The translations under genes and the position numbers were made by a program. From positions 32,001-96,000 of IMG/VR virus record IMGVR_UViG_3300046535_002009: a stretch of 64,000 bases of DNA, one strand, 5' to 3'. Under the pieces are notes generated by a model. The model had not been told where the DNA came from. It saw nothing but the letters and a program-made list of their open reading frames with translations, and searched no databases. Every line of letters starts with the position of its first letter. The first letter of the stretch is position 1. This DNA comes from a virus. Of this stretch, positions 9,086-20,221 are shown in pieces.

Positions 9086-9682
9086 ATGCCGCCGTCCCGC
9101 GCCGAACTCGCCGCAAAGCACGAGCGGGTCCGCCGGCTCGCCGCCGAGGGCTGGGCCACCGCCCGGATTGCCAAGGAACTCGGCATGGACCGCCGGGACG
9201 TCCGTGCGGTCCGCAACGCTGCGGGCCTTCCGGTCGGCCCCTTCGTCCAGCAGCCCCTCACCCTGGAACAGAAGTGGGCCGAGCGCACCCAGCCGGTTGA
9301 TGGCGGCCATCTCGAATGGTCCGGATCACGCGCCGTGTCTGGCACACCCATCATGATCTACCGCGGCCGGATGTACACCGCGGCCGCCATCGCGTTCCGC
9401 ATCCACAACGGCACGGACCCTATCGGCTACGCCAAGGCCAGCTGTGGCACAGCACATTGCGTCGCCCCCGAGCACGTTGATGACGCGGCCCGCCGCGCTC
9501 GCGACCGAGCCGCGCTGCGCATCGTGCTCGGCACCGGCGAACGCCCAGCGTTCTGCCGCCGTGCAGGCCACGACCAGACCGTCCACGGCCGCCTCTCCCC
9601 GGACGGCGTCCAGTACTGCCACGCGTGCAACCTCACCACCAAGGCCACTGCACGCACTCAGCGCCAGCAGGAGACAGCATGA
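9086..9682 (+). CDS. HTH plus degenerate HNH/zinc-binding protein
   Basis: IAKELGMDRRDV HTH; CGTAHCVAPEH; C..GH...YCHAC. Confidence 0.65.
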   Translation: MPPSRAELAAKHERVRRLAAEGWATARIAKELGMDRRDVRAVRNAAGLPVGPFVQQPLTLEQKWAERTQPVDGGHLEWSGSRAVSGTPIMIYRGRMYTAAAIAFRIHNGTDPIGYAKASCGTAHCVAPEHVDDAARRARDRAALRIVLGTGERPAFCRRAGHDQTVHGRLSPDGVQYCHACNLTTKATARTQRQQETA

Positions 9683-11587
9683 CCGCCTACCAGCCCCTCA
9701 CCACAGGCCAGATCGACAAAGCCCGCGAGCTGATCGGAGACGTCCGGCGCGCTGAGCCCAGCCTCGTCGTCGAGCTCGCGCAGAGCGTCAACGACCGCCG
9801 TACCCATGACCACCCCACGATCAATGAGGACTGGTTCTGCAACAACCTGTCCGGATGGGCCGGCGACAAGGCGGCCGTCGTCCTGCAGCGACTCCTCGAC
9901 GCCGAGACCGCGCTCGCGGCCGTCACCGCCGAACGCGACGCCGCTCTAGCCGAGGTGGCGACCGCGAAGGCGGCCGGTTACCGCAGCGCCGCAGCCAACG
10001 TCGCCGAGATGATGGACCTGCACGGTGCCGACTTCGACCCGCCCATGATCCGGGTGTTCCTGGACCGCGGCGCCGAGGCCCGCGAGAAGTTCGCGGCCCA
10101 CCTCGCTGCCGGCCAGCTCATCGCCGAGCCGGGGGCCTGACATGGCCCAGTCGATGACCGCCAACCAGTGGAACCACCACTACCCCGTCGGCACGCCCGT
10201 GACCGCCTACCCCGGCGTCCACCCCGAATACGCCGCCGAGATCGGCCTGACCGACGTCCCCACGCTGGAGACCCACACCCGAAGCCACGCCTGGAACCTC
10301 GGCCACGGCGAGCCGGTCGTGATGGTCGACGGCTACGCCGGCGGCATCAGCCTGGGCCACGTCTTCGTCCGGGTGCAGGTCGAGGCCACCTCAACCGCCA
10401 CCGTCAGGCCTGAGCCATGACCGACCTTCCGGACTCCCTCGTGCGCCTCGCAGCCAAGCAGGACCTCCGCGTCAGGGAAGCTCTTGGGCGGATCGCTGAC
10501 GGGGCGGAGGCACTCCACCACGCCTTGGCCGCCGTCGGCGCTGAAACGCCGGGCTTCAAGGACCTGCTGGCGCTCACTGGGCCCGACTTGGCCACGCGCG
10601 CAGCCCTGTACGGGCTCGCCCGGCCCACCGCCGACCAGCCCCAGCCCGCGCCCGCCGCTGATGGCTGCAAGTGCCAGACGGCCACCCACCTCGGCCACTG
10701 GCCGGGCTGCCCCAGCCGCACGGCACAGGCCGGCCACACCAACACGTGAGGAGCGGGCCGTGATCATCAAGGTCCCCGCCTACCTGATCACCTGCGACGG
10801 CTGCCGCAAGGTTCTGTACGAGGACCGCAACGGCTGGCACTGCACCGTACTCGCTGAAGAACCGCGCGCAGCCCGGCACATCGCCACCAACGCCGGTTGG
10901 ACCGTCCACCCCGACGGCCACCTCTACTGCCCCGACGAACGCCACGCCTGACCCCGCTGCCCAGCCGGCGATTCCGGTCGGGCTCACCACCACCCAGGAG
11001 GAACACCATGCCCGACGTGGGATCCGTCACCCACCCCGCCGCCATCTACGCCCCGGGCGTCTTCAGCCCCGGCAACGGCCCCGACGACTGGCCCATCGAG
11101 CGCGACCGCCAGATCTTCGAGCTCGTCGTCACCACCTCCACGGGGCCGTTCCACGCGCCGAATGGCGACATGGATGGCAGGCCTTGCTCCGGCTGCGCCG
11201 AACTCCCAGCCGAAGGAGACGAGATCACCCGCCTCGGGGATCTCTGGTGGCACCTCAACTGCGCCAGGAAGCACCTGCGGGAACGAGGCGCGGACGAGGC
11301 GTGGCTGCTCCTCGGCGCCGACTTGGCAGCGCGGCCCTCGAGGTACGGCGTGGCGGAGACCCGGGCGATCACCCGGAACCTGCTGCGGCTGACCGCCCGT
11401 CCCGGCAAGGAGGGCTGAACCCGTGGCCACTTCCTCCGACCGGCAGGGATGGGACCTCGCCGAGTTCCACTGCGGCCGCTGCGGGACCGTGATCACCGCC
11501 ACCACCGAGCGCGAGTACGTGAGCCTCGTCAGAGGCCACAAGGCCACCTGCCCCGGCGACGGCGACCGGGCGCAGCGGGCGGGGTAG
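9679..11587 (+). other. Run of small phage hypothetical genes (9679-10140, 10142-10420, 10417-10749, 10760-10951, 11008-11418, 11423-11587)
   Basis: Tightly packed or overlapping ORFs with RBSs; several CxxC motifs. Confidence 0.65.
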
Positions 11588-11589
11588 CG

Positions 11590-11955
11590 GTGCCTATCCG
11601 GCCGGAGAACCGGCGTCTGTACCCGCTGGACTGGCCGGAGATCAGCGCACGGATCCGCTTCGGCCGGGCCAGCGGCCGGTGCGAGTGCGTCGGCGAGTGC
11701 GGCCGCGGCACCCACGACGGCCGGTGCCCGAACCGGCACGGCGAGCCGGCGTACGGCACCGGCTCGGAGGTGGTGCTGACGACCGCGCACCTTGATCACA
11801 CGCCGCAGAACTGCACCCCGGCCAACTTGCGCGCCATGTGCCAGGGGTGCCATCTGCACTACGACCGGGAGCACCACCGGCAGACCGCGGCGGCGACCCG
11901 GCGGGCCGCGAGCGCGGCGGCCGGCCAGCTCTCCTTCGACCTGCCGACGGACTAA
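11590..11955 (+). CDS. HNH-like zinc-binding phage protein
   Basis: MPIRPENRRLYP.DW..IS; RCEC.GEC; VVLTTAHLDH..NC...NLRAMCQGCH. Confidence 0.75.
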   Translation: MPIRPENRRLYPLDWPEISARIRFGRASGRCECVGECGRGTHDGRCPNRHGEPAYGTGSEVVLTTAHLDHTPQNCTPANLRAMCQGCHLHYDREHHRQTAAATRRAASAAAGQLSFDLPTD

Positions 11956-12011
11956 GAGTGCCGCGTTTCCGCAGGTCGCACCCGAACCCGACAGTAACTT
12001 AGGAGTACAGC

Positions 12012-12593
12012 GTGCCCGACACCACCATCCTGCCCGGCAACCTCGTCGACCCCGCCACTGGCCTACGCGCATGGAACGGCCGACTGATCCTGCCCGGCCA
12101 CATCGACAAGGGCCACGCCCGCGCGATCGTCCTCGCCCGTTACCCGGAGGCCGACACCTCCACCGAGCTCAGCCCCGCCTTCCACGAGCACATCCAGTTC
12201 AACGAGCCGTACGGCTGCTGGGTGTTCGGCAGCGATGTCCCCGTCACCGTGCTCCTGATCCAGCCCCGCGACGAGGAGGACCGGGACGACGAGCCCGAAC
12301 CGCAGACCGGCGACGAGCAGGACCCCGAGCTGGCGACGCCCGCCCAGGTCGACGCCTACCTGCGGCAGCTCCTCTCCCCGGAGACCTACCTGCGCTACCA
12401 GCAGGCGCTGTGCGGCCGGGCGGTTAGCCAGGCTGCCGCGGAGCAGCGGCTGCAGGCCGCGCACCGGTCGGTGACCGGCGCCCCGCTGCCCGAGTACGTG
12501 GTGCGCGGATGGCAGGACGCGGCGAACCACGTCGACCCACTGAAGGCCGGTGGTCGCCGCTGGCCGGCCGAGCTGATCGAGCTCGGCCGCTGA
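12012..12593 (+). CDS. Hypothetical phage protein
   Basis: AGGAG RBS, 193 aa. Confidence 0.65.
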   Translation: MPDTTILPGNLVDPATGLRAWNGRLILPGHIDKGHARAIVLARYPEADTSTELSPAFHEHIQFNEPYGCWVFGSDVPVTVLLIQPRDEEDRDDEPEPQTGDEQDPELATPAQVDAYLRQLLSPETYLRYQQALCGRAVSQAAAEQRLQAAHRSVTGAPLPEYVVRGWQDAANHVDPLKAGGRRWPAELIELGR

Positions 12594-12723
12594 CACTGTC
12601 CGGTCGGGCGACGGGCCCTCCAGCACGTCGCCATTCGCTGCGATGGCGCAGCGATCGGCAGGGCGCCCAAGCCGCGAGCTTGTGCAGCTCGCAGGGACTT
12701 TAAGCTCGGCTGGCTCGGGCTGC

Positions 12724-12773
12724 TTGACCTAGGTAGCGCGCACCCATACCGTTATTGCTGTCAGCGCGCAGCA
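12724..12773 (+). promoter_or_regulatory. Early promoter with repressor operator
   Basis: TTGACC (12724) -17 nt- TACCGT (12747); operator TGCTGTCAGCGCGCAGCA 12756-12773; same architecture as 7327-7377. Confidence 0.78.
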
Positions 12774-12944
12774 ATGACCGGAGCCCCGATGCACCGTCTT
12801 GCCCTGTCCGCCGCCGCCATCCCACGCGCCCTCCCAGGCCACTGGCAGCGCCGCACGCCTCCCCGCCACGTTCAAGCCCGAAGGAGCGCCCGTGGCCCCC
12901 TCCAGCTACGCCTTCCGCAAGTCCTGCGAGAAGGAGATCCACGG

Positions 12945-13403
12945 ATGAGTCCCCTCGTCGACGACAGCCAGCGGATCATCGACGCCATCGCCTGCGGCGC
13001 CTCCGGGGACCGGCCGGGCGCCCTGGCCCACCTGAAGCCGATCATCGACCGCGGCCCCGGCGCCATCTTCGCCATGCTCCACGCCCTGGCCAACGTCGCA
13101 GTGGTCGAGCAGAAGCCGGAGACCGGAACGTTCCTCGGCATCGCCGTCGAGACCACGGACGGGCACGCTGCGAGCATCGACCAACTCCCGGCCGGGCACC
13201 GGTTCGCCGCGCAGTTCACCACCGCGGTCGCGAACGACGACCTGGACCAGGCCGACGCCCTCTACCGCGCGCTGCTCGTCGGTGACGACTTCCACGCCGC
13301 CACCGGCTTGGCCGAAGGGATCGGCGCCGTCTACGACATGGCCGTCGCCACGACCGTCGCCATGGTCGAGCTGGCCCGGCAGCGGAAGCGGGGCCAGCAG
13401 TGA
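12945..13403 (+). CDS. Hypothetical phage protein
   Basis: AAGGAG RBS before ATG at 12945. Confidence 0.65.
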   Translation: MSPLVDDSQRIIDAIACGASGDRPGALAHLKPIIDRGPGAIFAMLHALANVAVVEQKPETGTFLGIAVETTDGHAASIDQLPAGHRFAAQFTTAVANDDLDQADALYRALLVGDDFHAATGLAEGIGAVYDMAVATTVAMVELARQRKRGQQ

Positions 13404-14212
13404 GCAGCGACACCACGGCGCTCGGCGACCGCATGAAGCGCTACGAGGCGCCGTACCGGGCCCTGTTGCCGCGCCGCACGTACACCGTGCTGCGGGTCGA
13501 CGGCCGCGCGTTCCACACGTACCTCAGGGGCGCCGTGCGGCCCTTCGACGAGGCTTTCGCCGCGGACATGGATGCCGTTGCCGCGGCGATGTGCAAGGAG
13601 ATCACGGGCGCATTCCTGGCCTACGTCCAGTCCGACGAGATCAGCATCGTCGCCGCGGACTTCCGCTCGACCAGCACCGAGCCGTGGTTCGGCGGGGTCG
13701 TCGCGAAGTGGACGAGCATCGGCGCAGCAATCGCCACGGCCGAGTTGAACGCCCGCCGGCCGGGCCGCCGTGCCCTGTTCGATGCCCGGGTCTTCACGCT
13801 GTCCGACCCGGTGGAGGTCGCCAACTACCTGGTGTGGCGGCAGCGGGACGCAACCCGGAACAGCATCGTCATGGCCGGGCAGGCGCACTTCCCGCACCGA
13901 TCCCTCCACGGGCAGGACACCGGGCAGATCCAGGAACGGCTGTGGGCTGAGCGGGGCGTGAACTGGAACCGCTACCCGGACGGCTTCAAGCGTGGCCGGG
14001 TCGCCACCCGCGTCGTCGGCTTCCGCGACAGCGAGCACCCCGAACGGGGGCGCGCGCCGCGGTCATGGTGGGCAGCGGAACCGGCACCGGTCTTCATCGC
14101 CGAGCCGGGCAGCTGGCTCGCCCGGACGATCCCCACCCTGCCCACGCTCGCACCGGCGCCGCCCTGCGGCGTCGGCCACTCGCTGGCACCGCACCAGTCC
14201 GCCCCGGCCTGA
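13400..14212 (+). CDS. thg1: Thg1-like tRNA(His) guanylyltransferase / 3'-5' RNA polymerase
   Basis: GDRMKRYE, LRVDGRAFHTY, YVQSDEIS, FDARVF, NYLVWRQRDATRNSI. Confidence 0.92.
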   Translation: MSSDTTALGDRMKRYEAPYRALLPRRTYTVLRVDGRAFHTYLRGAVRPFDEAFAADMDAVAAAMCKEITGAFLAYVQSDEISIVAADFRSTSTEPWFGGVVAKWTSIGAAIATAELNARRPGRRALFDARVFTLSDPVEVANYLVWRQRDATRNSIVMAGQAHFPHRSLHGQDTGQIQERLWAERGVNWNRYPDGFKRGRVATRVVGFRDSEHPERGRAPRSWWAAEPAPVFIAEPGSWLARTIPTLPTLAPAPPCGVGHSLAPHQSAPA

Positions 14213-14224
14213 GAAGGACCAGTC

Positions 14225-16678
14225 ATGCCCACCACACCCGGGCCTGCGCAGGCCTCCCCCCGCTGCGACTACTCCGACCTCCCCGTCGACAGCTGCGCCC
14301 ACTGCCGCGGCAACCGGCTATTCCCCGAGGTCCGGCGCGTCCGCACCGGCGTCGTCGGCCGACCCATCACTGCCCGCTTCCCGGGCCGCTGCGCCTGCGG
14401 CGAGGCCTACCCGCCCGGCACCACCATCCGATCGCTCGACGGCTCCTGGGTCGCCGACTGCTGCGCGACCGAGGCGGACGAGACGTGACCGCTTCCCACA
14501 ACTACGGCCCTGGCTTCCGCGGTTGGGGACACGACTATGCCATCACCGAGGTGATCGACGGCGGCCGCCAGCTGCGGGCCTGCGGCTGGGGCCCGCTCGG
14601 CGGCTCCCGGATCGCGGAGGGCGACTTCATTCTGCTGCAGGCCGGTACGACGGACACCCGGTACCAGGTCGTCAGCGTCGAGTACGTCACCGACCCGGCG
14701 GACATGTGGTTCGCCGTCCTGAAGTTCGCACCCCGCTCCGGCCCGGCCGAGCCCTCGACCGCCAGCTCGGCACTCGCCACCTCAGCCGTTCACCCCAGCC
14801 CAACATCGCAGCCAAGGAGTACCCCATGAGCGCCGCAACCACCGTCCTTCCCCAGCACGATGAGCTCCTCAGCCGTCTCACCGCGGTCGACAGCGAACCG
14901 CACATGGTGGAGCGGTTCTACCCGCACATCCTCACGTCTGCCGGACAGGAGAAGACCGGCCTCGGCGTCGCGCTGGCGCTCACCCTTGCCGCCTCCGACT
15001 ACACCGACGGCATGCCGCCGGTCCTGGCCCGTGTCGTCCTGCTCCGGCTGCCAAGTTTCGTGCGCGCCATCGTTGACGACCCCCAGGTCCAGGCCGAGGC
15101 CCTCGCTGGCCTTCGGTAGGTGCGACCTTCAGAAACACGACAGCCCAACCCGCGAGTAACAACCAGTGGAGGAATTGATCATGCACGACATTGCCGACCC
15201 CAACCGCCACCCCCACGCCGCACTGCTGCTCCTTGCCGAAGCCATGGGACCCGCCAGCCCGAGCGGCGCAATCGAGGCCCAGGAGAGGCGCGGCCAGCAG
15301 GACCTGGTCCGGTCCGAGCTCCTGCCCTCCGACCTGCGCGGGACAGAAGCCGCGTTCGAGGAGCTCGGCTTCATCCTCGGCGACGTCCAGGCCGACGACC
15401 CGCTGTTCCGCCAGGTGACCCTTCCGGCCGGCTGGGCCCGGGAAGCATCGGACCACGCTATGTGGTCGTACATCATCGACCCGCTCGGTCGGCGCCGGGT
15501 CTCGATCTTCTACAAGGCCGTGTACTACGACCGGAGCGCGCACGCCGCGGTCGTCACGCTGCACAGCTACCTGACCAGCTGTGCGTGGGACAACCGCCTG
15601 CCGGTCCTGGACGACGCCTGGGCCACGCCCGCCGAGGTGCTCCAGATCGCCGAGGCTGGGCAGGAGGAGCAGGCTGCGGAAGCCGCACGCTGGTCAAAGC
15701 AGGGTGCGAAGGACCTCGCGCAGGAGGCCGCGGCGCGCTCCGCCACATACTCGCGGATCGCCGACACGGCACGCCAGTGAGCACGGACGACGCCGCGCAG
15801 GAACTCGCCACGCTGCGCCGTCGCTTGGAGGTGATGGCCGCAGCCTGGGAGGAGCAGCTCCCTGAGACCGTCCAGACGGCGACGGTGGTCGAGGCGCTGC
15901 GCCTCACCGTCGCTCGCCCGGCCAGCCGCTCCGGTCTGGTTGCCGAGCAGCGAGTGCGCGCGTACCTCGCCGAGTTCCCGGACACCGCCAACCTCGGCCC
16001 CGAGATCGCATACGGCCCAGCCTGGAACACACCGGGCTGGCCCCACGACTTCTACCCACTGACCCGGGCAGACGTCGATGCCGTCCTGGCCGAGCTGGCC
16101 TCCACCCGCGCGGAGGCGGAGGTGCTGTACGAGGCCCGCTTGAACGAGCCCGTCCTTCGGCACTGCGTCTACCCGGGATGCCTCGCCGAGTTCGACATGG
16201 CCGCGGCCCTGGCTGGCCGGCCGACACGGCCCTCGTGGTCCGGGGATGGCTGGCTGACCGTCGGGCACCTCTTCGCGCACGTCTGCCCTGAGCACGCGCC
16301 GCTGCTCCGTACCGGCGACGGCCCAGGACCGCACCTGCCTCAGTGGGAGCGGGGCGAGGAGACCCGGCTCGTGTGCGCCTGCGCCTGGCGGTCCGGGCCC
16401 GTCCGGTGGCGTGGGTTCGGCATCGAGGCGTGGAAGGACCATCTCCTGGCGGTCGAACAGGGAGCAGCGCCGTGGCCGAGCTGATCACCTGGTGCCGGAT
16501 CATGCGCACCGGTCCGGCGTGCGCGGTCCCGTGCGACGACTGCCGGGCCACCAGCCGCCGCCTGGCCCTCGCCCAGCAGGCCGGCACCGTGAAGCCCTGG
16601 ACTCTCGCGGACGCGATCGCCGAGCTCGACGGCACCGACCCTCGCCCCACCACCGACACCACCGAAGGTGCGCCGTGA
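14225..16678 (+). other. Run of small phage hypothetical genes (14225-14488, 14485-14829, 14826-15119, 15181-15780, 15777-16484, 16472-16678)
   Basis: Overlapping start/stop codons and typical codon usage. Confidence 0.65.
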
Positions 16679-16938
16679 CCATCCGCATGACCAAGCTGAC
16701 CTGGCGAGTCCTGGCCGCGATCCACGCCCGGCCGGAGCCGACCTACGGCGGCGAGCTACGGGAGGAGACAGGCATCCAGTCCGGCACCCTGTACCCGCTC
16801 CTGGTCCGGCTGGAGGGAGCCGGCCTGCTGACCTCCCGGTGGGAGGAGCCCGCGGAGTACGAGGCCTTCAGCCGGCCCCGCCGCCGCTACTACGCCCTCA
16901 CCGAGGCTGGCCGGGCGGCCGCCGGGACGAAGGCCTGA
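16675..16938 (+). CDS. PadR-family winged-helix regulator
   Basis: TYGGEL..ETGIQSGTLYPLL.RLE..GLL...WE....RPRRRYYALT. Confidence 0.88.
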   Translation: MTIRMTKLTWRVLAAIHARPEPTYGGELREETGIQSGTLYPLLVRLEGAGLLTSRWEEPAEYEAFSRPRRRYYALTEAGRAAAGTKA

Positions 16939-17348
16939 TGTCGACGGGCCCGGTCGTGGCCTCTGGTGACGAACAGCTGCCCCTTGCGGACCCTCCCCGG
17001 CCGGCCGGGGCGGCGCGGCGAGTGGAGTGCCGCCGCTGCCACCGGGCACTGACCGACCCGGACTCCCGGCTGCGCCGCATCGGCCCGGACTGCGAGCACC
17101 TGATCGCGGCCGCGCGTCGGCACGACATCGACCAGGACCCGCTACCCGGGCTGGAGTGGCGCGATAGCCGGGACGCTTCATGCCCCCTGAGCTCTCTTGC
17201 CGCCCCTGAGGACCAGCTGTACAACGCCATGCTGGCCTGGGACGGGTCAGCGGCATTCACAGAGACCTCCACCCGGGCCTCCCCGCCCTCCCGGAAGAGA
17301 GCGGGGCTCGCACTCAACGACTGGTCACTCGAAAGACTCGCTGGCTGA
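16938..17348 (+). CDS. DUF6011-like zinc-binding protein
   Basis: CRRCHRALTDPDSRLRRIGPDC. Confidence 0.65.
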   Translation: MSTGPVVASGDEQLPLADPPRPAGAARRVECRRCHRALTDPDSRLRRIGPDCEHLIAAARRHDIDQDPLPGLEWRDSRDASCPLSSLAAPEDQLYNAMLAWDGSAAFTETSTRASPPSRKRAGLALNDWSLERLAG

Positions 17349-17715
17349 TGTTTGCCTCGACGAGAGTCGTCTCCCCCACCTGCGTCCAGTTCCGCCAATA
17401 TGCCGCGCCGCCATGGTTCTCGCCCATGCACTGGCAGTCGCAGTCGTCGCCTTCCGCGTCGCGGCAACGGATATCGCATCTGCTGTTCGTCCGAAAGTCG
17501 ATCGCCACCTCGACCACCCCGAAGCGATCTGCCAGGGCCTCGACTGTCGCGCGCATGTGCTGGCGCGAGATCTCCCAGCATTTCTCCGCCCCGTTCCAGT
17601 CCGGCCGCACCAGGCTGCCGAGGGTGCGGTGGATGAAGGCTCGGTTACCCACGGCGTACGGCATGCGGACCCGGATCCGCCCGGTGCCGACCGGCCGGTA
17701 AACCGTGGCAATCAC
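17314..17715 (-). CDS. Cys-rich hypothetical protein (third gene of helicase operon)
   Basis: CDIRCRDAEGDDCDCQCMGENHG; start overlaps the upstream stop by 1 nt. Confidence 0.7.
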   Translation of the reverse strand: MIATVYRPVGTGRIRVRMPYAVGNRAFIHRTLGSLVRPDWNGAEKCWEISRQHMRATVEALADRFGVVEVAIDFRTNSRCDIRCRDAEGDDCDCQCMGENHGGAAYWRNWTQVGETTLVEANISQRVFRVTSR

Positions 17716-18299
17716 TAGGCCTCCTCGCTGAGAATGCGTACGAGGTCGACAATGGCCGCGCTAGACAGGTGCTTCCGCAGGACGCGCGCCGTGGCGTCAG
17801 TGTCCTCCACCGGCACGCTGACTGCTCGCCTCCGGAAGCCCGCCTGCACCATGGCGGCGTGCGCGGACAGGTGCCCCGCGAGGACCTCGGCATGCAGCTC
17901 GGGGGCGTCCTTGCGGAGGCGGCGAAGGGCCGAGGTCTGAGAGTTCCCGTCCGGCTGGGCAAGGTTGACATTGTCACCCTTGCTTCGGTCGCCCCCGTGC
18001 GGAGCCTGAAGGGCCTGGTCGAGCAGGTCGAGCGCCACCGGATCGTCCGCGACCACCCGCTGGACGAGCGCCACCGACGCCCCGAGCCCCTTCAGCGGCG
18101 GCGTGGTCACAAAGTCGGCGAAGCTCGCGTGCTCCACCAACTCGCCCCGCACGGTGACGAAGGACCGCCAGGACCCATCAGCGAGCAGCCGGCGCAGGAG
18201 CTCCGGAGCGTTCTCCAGCCCGCTCCCGCCCCGCTCCAGCGCAGAGGACAGCGCCTCAACGAGGGTTCCCCGTGCGCGCCCCTCCTCCCGCGCGGTCAC
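17715..18299 (-). CDS. Hypothetical helical, possibly DNA-binding protein (second gene of helicase operon)
   Basis: HGGDRSK..GNSQTSALRRLRKDAPELHAEVLAG.LSAHAA resembles ParB-associated helical regions; GTGA overlap with helicase. Confidence 0.7.
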   Translation of the reverse strand: MTAREEGRARGTLVEALSSALERGGSGLENAPELLRRLLADGSWRSFVTVRGELVEHASFADFVTTPPLKGLGASVALVQRVVADDPVALDLLDQALQAPHGGDRSKGDNVNLAQPDGNSQTSALRRLRKDAPELHAEVLAGHLSAHAAMVQAGFRRRAVSVPVEDTDATARVLRKHLSSAAIVDLVRILSEEA

Positions 18300-20221
18300 T
18301 GAGCCTCCCGAAGCATCTGCTCCACGAATTCCAGTCCGCGCTGCAGCTGCTGGACGCTCGCGTCAGCGCGCTTCCGCACGCCCATGACCTGGTTCACCCG
18401 CCACTGCAGCTCCGGGTGCTCCAGCCCAAGCTTGAACACCGCGTGGCGCGAGCGCTTCGTCAGCTGGTCGGCCAAGGCCTTCCGCCTCTTGTGCAGGGGC
18501 TCGTCCGCGGCCCCGATCGCCACCCTGCTGCCCTGCGGCGGGATGGGCATCGGCACCGTGCCGACCTTGGTCAGCTCGCCGAGCTCCTCGCGGACGAGCT
18601 TGCGCATCGAGGCGAGCACGCTCGGCGGGAAGTCGTGCTTCTTAAGCAGTTCCTCCGCGCGCTCGTTCTCCTCCACGGTCCACTCGGTGCCGGCATGGAT
18701 CGCGCCGTGGAACGTGGGCTGGGACGCGGCGAGGGGGATCCGGGCGAACAGGTCCAGCATCTGTTGGCCGTTGCCGTCGCTCAGCTCGCGCTCGATCTCC
18801 TCCTCCTGGAGGTCGAGCTCGTGCCGGATCTCCTGCTCGATCTGCGCCGCCATGATCCGGAGGCCCGAGAGCGCTGGCGCGAACACCGTGGCGATCTGCT
18901 CGTCAGCCTTGCCTTGGCGCCGGACGAACCGGCCGACCGCCTGGCGGAAGAACATCTCCGTCTTCGTCTTCGTGGCGTACACCCCGAGGGCCAGGCGCGG
19001 GACGTCGACGCCTTCCGACACCATCCGGACAGCGACCAGCCAGCGCTGGCTGCCCTCGGAGAACCGGTCGATGCCGAGCTTCGCCTCGGGGCCGTCCTCG
19101 GAGAGCACCACGACGGGGTCCTCGCCGGTGATGTCCTTCAGTATCTTGGCGTAGGCCTTCGCCTGCGGGGCCCGGTAGGCGATGACCAGGCCGCCAGCCC
19201 GCGGCGCCTCCTCCCGCATCGCCGTGAGCGTGCTGTCCGCCTTCAGTAGCAGGCCCTTCATCCAGCCCGTGGCCGGGTCCAGCGCGGTCTCCAGGACGGC
19301 GGACACGTCGCCGCGCTGCAGTTCGGCCGACAGGTTGGCGCTGGAGGTCACCGACCCGGAGTCCATCCACTTCATCTCGCCGTCGTAGAAGTGGAAGTCG
19401 ACCTGGCGGCAGACGTCGTCCCGGATGGCCTGGCCATAGCTGTATGTGTAGTCAGCGATAGAGCGCGGCACTCCGTCGCTGTCCTTCTCATACCGCACGA
19501 AGGGGATCGGGTTGTTGTCCGACCGGAACGGCGTGCCGGACAGGGCCAGGCGGCGCGACGCCTCGGAGAAGGCGTGCTTGACCGCGGCACCCCACGCCTT
19601 CTCATCGCCGGCATGGTGGACCTCGTCGAGGATCACCAGGGTCTTCTGCTGGCAGCCGAGGCGGTGGAGGTCAGGCTGCGAGGCGACCTGGGCATAGGTG
19701 ACGGCCGCGCCGCGGTAGTCCGCCGGGTTCTCCAGGCCGTCGCTGTTCTTCGTCGTGGGGTCGATCTCGAAGCCGCACTCGTGTGCGGCCGTCGCCCATT
19801 GCATCTTGAGGTGCTCGCTCGGCACGACGATGACGATGCGCCTGACCACCCCGCTGTCCATCAAGTCGCTGGCTAGCCGGAGCGCGAACTTGGTCTTCCC
19901 GGCGCCCGGGGTGGCGACCACGAGGAAGTCCCTGGCATTGCGCGTGACATAGGTGGTCAGGGCAGCGCGCTGCCATTCGCGGGGGTCGGGGCCAGTCCAT
20001 GCCATGTGCGTCGAGCCCTTCTTCAGGTTGCAGTCCGGGCAGAGCGCTTGCCCGTTGATCACGTCAGTAGGGCCGCCGGCAGACCATGGGGTGATGTGGT
20101 CGCCGTGCCAGCCCGGGAGGAGCCGGGTCCCGCACTTCGTGCAGGTGCCACCCGAGGCGAGGTACATCGCCACGCGCTCGGAAGAGTTGAACCGGCGGCG
20201 GGTGGGGTCCGGAGTCACCAC
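18296..20221 (-). CDS. HNH endonuclease fused to SF2 DEAD/DEAH (ResIII-like) helicase
   Basis: CTKCG..WHGDHITPWSAGG.T...NGQALCPDCNLKK; ATPGAGKT; ILDEVHH; LSGTPFRSD; MVSEGVDVP; FRQAVGRFVR. Confidence 0.9.
   Translation of the reverse strand: MVTPDPTRRRFNSSERVAMYLASGGTCTKCGTRLLPGWHGDHITPWSAGGPTDVINGQALCPDCNLKKGSTHMAWTGPDPREWQRAALTTYVTRNARDFLVVATPGAGKTKFALRLASDLMDSGVVRRIVIVVPSEHLKMQWATAAHECGFEIDPTTKNSDGLENPADYRGAAVTYAQVASQPDLHRLGCQQKTLVILDEVHHAGDEKAWGAAVKHAFSEASRRLALSGTPFRSDNNPIPFVRYEKDSDGVPRSIADYTYSYGQAIRDDVCRQVDFHFYDGEMKWMDSGSVTSSANLSAELQRGDVSAVLETALDPATGWMKGLLLKADSTLTAMREEAPRAGGLVIAYRAPQAKAYAKILKDITGEDPVVVLSEDGPEAKLGIDRFSEGSQRWLVAVRMVSEGVDVPRLALGVYATKTKTEMFFRQAVGRFVRRQGKADEQIATVFAPALSGLRIMAAQIEQEIRHELDLQEEEIERELSDGNGQQMLDLFARIPLAASQPTFHGAIHAGTEWTVEENERAEELLKKHDFPPSVLASMRKLVREELGELTKVGTVPMPIPPQGSRVAIGAADEPLHKRRKALADQLTKRSRHAVFKLGLEHPELQWRVNQVMGVRKRADASVQQLQRGLEFVEQMLREAQ

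Noticed and set aside
18296-20221. Type I/III restriction subunit
   Set aside because: No methyltransferase or specificity subunit nearby
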